In this document: positions 61,762-64,000 of the stretch, piece after piece
Layout: each line of letters starts with the position of its first letter
Numbering within the stretch: position 1 is the first letter of the stretch
Assembly (NCBI RefSeq): GCF_022014595.1
Contig: NZ_CP091740.1
Location: 1,536,200 to 1,600,199, forward strand
Direction of reading: 5' to 3'
DNA from: Solitalea lacus
GTDB taxonomy: Bacteria > Bacteroidota > Bacteroidia > Sphingobacteriales > Sphingobacteriaceae
DNA: 64,000 nt
Program-made: the position numbers and the translations under genes
The notes under the pieces: generated by a model
What the model was told of the DNA's origin: nothing
Databases searched by the model: none
What the model saw: only the letters and a program-made list of their open reading frames with translations

Positions 61762-61793
61762 TATATCGATTCGAACTGACTTAATGAAGAGGA

Positions 61794-64000
61794 CCCTTTT
61801 AACAGCGCTTTTAACTTTATTGCTGTTCAACTTAACCCATGCCCAAATTATTTATAAGCCACAAGCCAGGCCTCAAGTTGACCCTAACTCACCTAAGGAA
61901 TACATTATTGGCGGTATCACCGTAAGTGGTACACAGTCATTAGATAATGATGTCCTGATTACTATCTCAAAATTAAAAGTTGGTGAACGTATAAAAGTTC
62001 CCGGAGAAAAAATAGCTAATTCTATTAAAGACCTTTGGGCTCAGGGACTGTTTGACGATGTTCAAATTAATATTACTGATATCCGTCAAGATTCAATTTT
62101 CCTTGAATTATACTTATTGGAACGGCCACGTTTATCAAAAGTAATTTTTAGAGGATTAAAAAAATCAGAGGTTGATGATTTAAATGAGAAAAAACTGAAA
62201 GATATTACTGGTAAGGTAGTAAATGAAAATCTTGTTCAAACCACAACTCTTATTGTTAAAAATTACTTTGTTGATAAGGGATATTATAATACTGAGGTTA
62301 TGGCCACGCAACGTCCTGACTCACTATCCGGACGAACCGCATTGGTATTAACTGTTGATAAGCACACCAAAGTAAAAGTAAACACGATTACTTTTGAAGG
62401 TAATACTGCGCTTTCAAACGCAAAGCTTAAAAAGTACATGAAGAACACCAAAGAGCGTAAAGCATATAAAATCTTTGGATCCAAAAAATACCTTGAAGCC
62501 AAGTACGAAGAGGATAAGAAAGAGGTTATTAAAAAATACAACCAACGTGGTTTTCGTGATGCAGCTATTGTGATGGATACTGTTTATAGTCATGATATGG
62601 CTTCGGTCGACATTAATGTTAAAATTTCAGAAGGCCGTAAATATTATTTTGGTGATATTAAGTGGGTTGGCAACGCTATTTATAAAGCTGATGTTTTAGA
62701 AAAACTATTGGCTATAAAGAAAGGCGATGTATATGACGAAGAAAAGCTTGAAAAACGTTTGCGCAACAGCCCTTCGGAAGATGATGTATCATCAATGTAT
62801 TTAAATAACGGTTATTTATTTTTTAATGTTAACCCTGTACAAACCAGCGTTAAGAACGATACGATTAACCTTGAAATGCAAATTTTCGAAGGTGAGCAGG
62901 CTACTATTAACAAGGTTTTAGTAAATGGTAATGATCGTACTAATGATAAAGTCGTATTGCGCGAAATAAGAACTAAACCAGGTGATAAGTTCAATAAGTC
63001 CTTATTAATTCGTACCGTACGTGAATTAAATCAACTTGGTTATTTTGACGAGCAAAAAACAAGTCCAGATGTAAAACCTAACCAACAAGATGGCACGGTT
63101 GATCTAGCCTACAATGTAACTGAAAAGCCTTCAGATCAATTAGAGCTTTCAGGAGGTTTCGGCGGAGGACGTATCATTGGTACACTTGGTTTAACATTCA
63201 ATAACTTCTCACTACGTAAGTTGTTTACCAAAGACTGGGGGGGGATCTTACCAGCAGGTGATGGACAAAAGCTTTCGTTACGTGTACAATCAAATGGTAA
63301 GTATTATCAGGCCTATAGTTTTTCTTTCTCAGAGCCTTGGTTAGGAGGAGATAAGCCTCGCTATTTTACAGTTAGCTTTACCCATACTAATCAAAATCTT
63401 TATGGTTATGATCGTTCTAATCCGAACTATTCTGGCTTACAGTTAACAGGTGTTTCTTTAGGTTTAGGACAACGCTTGAAATGGCCTGATGACTATTTTA
63501 CACTAAATACATCTGCTGCATTTAATAGGTATAATTTCACAAACTACCAGGGCTTTTATCAATTCCCTACAGGTACTTCGTATACGTTAAGTTTGACAGA
63601 GACACTTGGCCGCAACTCAATTGATGCGCCTATTTATCCAACTTCAGGTTCAAACGTACAGCTTAGTGTTGAGTTGACTCCTCCGTATTCATTAATTAAC
63701 GGACGTGATTACTCTGATCCAAATTTGGCTCCTCAAACCAAGTATAAATTTACAGAGTTTCACCGTTGGAAATTTGATGCCGGATGGTATACTAAGGCTG
63801 CTTCATCAAGCAAGTTTGTATTTCACATGGGAATGCACTTAGGTTTCTTAGGATACTATAATAAAGATATTGGTACAACCCAGTTTGATCGTTGGAAAGT
63901 AGGAGGTAGCGGTTTGCAAGGGTATGATTATATTCAAGGTGTTGAGATCATTCCTTTGCGCGGTTATGCCGATAACTCAATTGTTCCGGAGGGATATCCT
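61794..64000 (+). CDS. bamA: Outer membrane protein assembly factor BamA (3' end lies outside the window)
   Basis: Signal peptide MKRTLLTALLTLLLFNLTHAQ. Tandem POTRA-like domains, then the barrel region. The frame is open to the window end. Confidence 0.85.

Noticed and set aside
1-64000. Search for CRISPR arrays, rRNA/tRNA genes, transposases or integrases
   Set aside because: No spaced direct-repeat arrays, no tRNA-like cloverleaf candidates in intergenic regions, and no transposase or integrase-like ORFs were seen. The 2.1-kb tandem repeats are protein-coding paralogs, not a mobile element.

Overview
This 64-kb window is a chromosomal segment from a Bacteroidota genome, probably Sphingobacteriia-like. 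The evidence is about 38% GC, Sec signal peptides ending in a hydrophobic stretch followed by AQ/SQ, a T9SS C-terminal sorting domain protein, PorT-like and BamA outer-membrane proteins, and TlpA-type periplasmic thioredoxins. Most of the window, from about 11.7 kb onward, is housekeeping or ordinary accessory content. It includes dnaE, trxA, bcp, corA, kup, a split transketolase, nadK, uppS, bamA, ubiE, a UbiA-family prenyltransferase, engB, a GH2+GH3 glycosidase pair, a two-component system, an ECF sigma/anti-sigma pair, several peptidases (M23, M43, M3) and transporters. The first 11.4 kb is different. It is a tightly packed, co-directional and apparently polycistronic island made of seven genes. 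(i) A papain-like C1 cysteine peptidase, truncated by the window edge, fused to a DUF4384-like domain. (ii) Four tandem paralogs of a secreted protein with a signal peptide, TPR repeats, an Ig-like domain and a caspase-fold C14 peptidase domain. The catalytic-half sequences are nearly identical between paralogs and the TPR halves are divergent. (iii) A translationally coupled stand-alone CHASE2-like membrane sensor domain with no output domain. (iv) A translationally coupled FecR-fold secreted protein. The island ends in a clean rho-independent terminator. I consider this island the candidate for an undescribed extracytoplasmic protease or sensing system. Other points of interest are a 33-bp direct repeat that duplicates the dnaE 3' end and flanks an inserted OMP gene plus an OMP gene remnant, a 24-bp tandem-repeat gene encoding a Lys/Thr/Gln-rich secreted peptide, and several clear bidirectional terminators. 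No rRNA or CRISPR was detected, and no tRNA was found by eye. No integrase or transposase gene was found.
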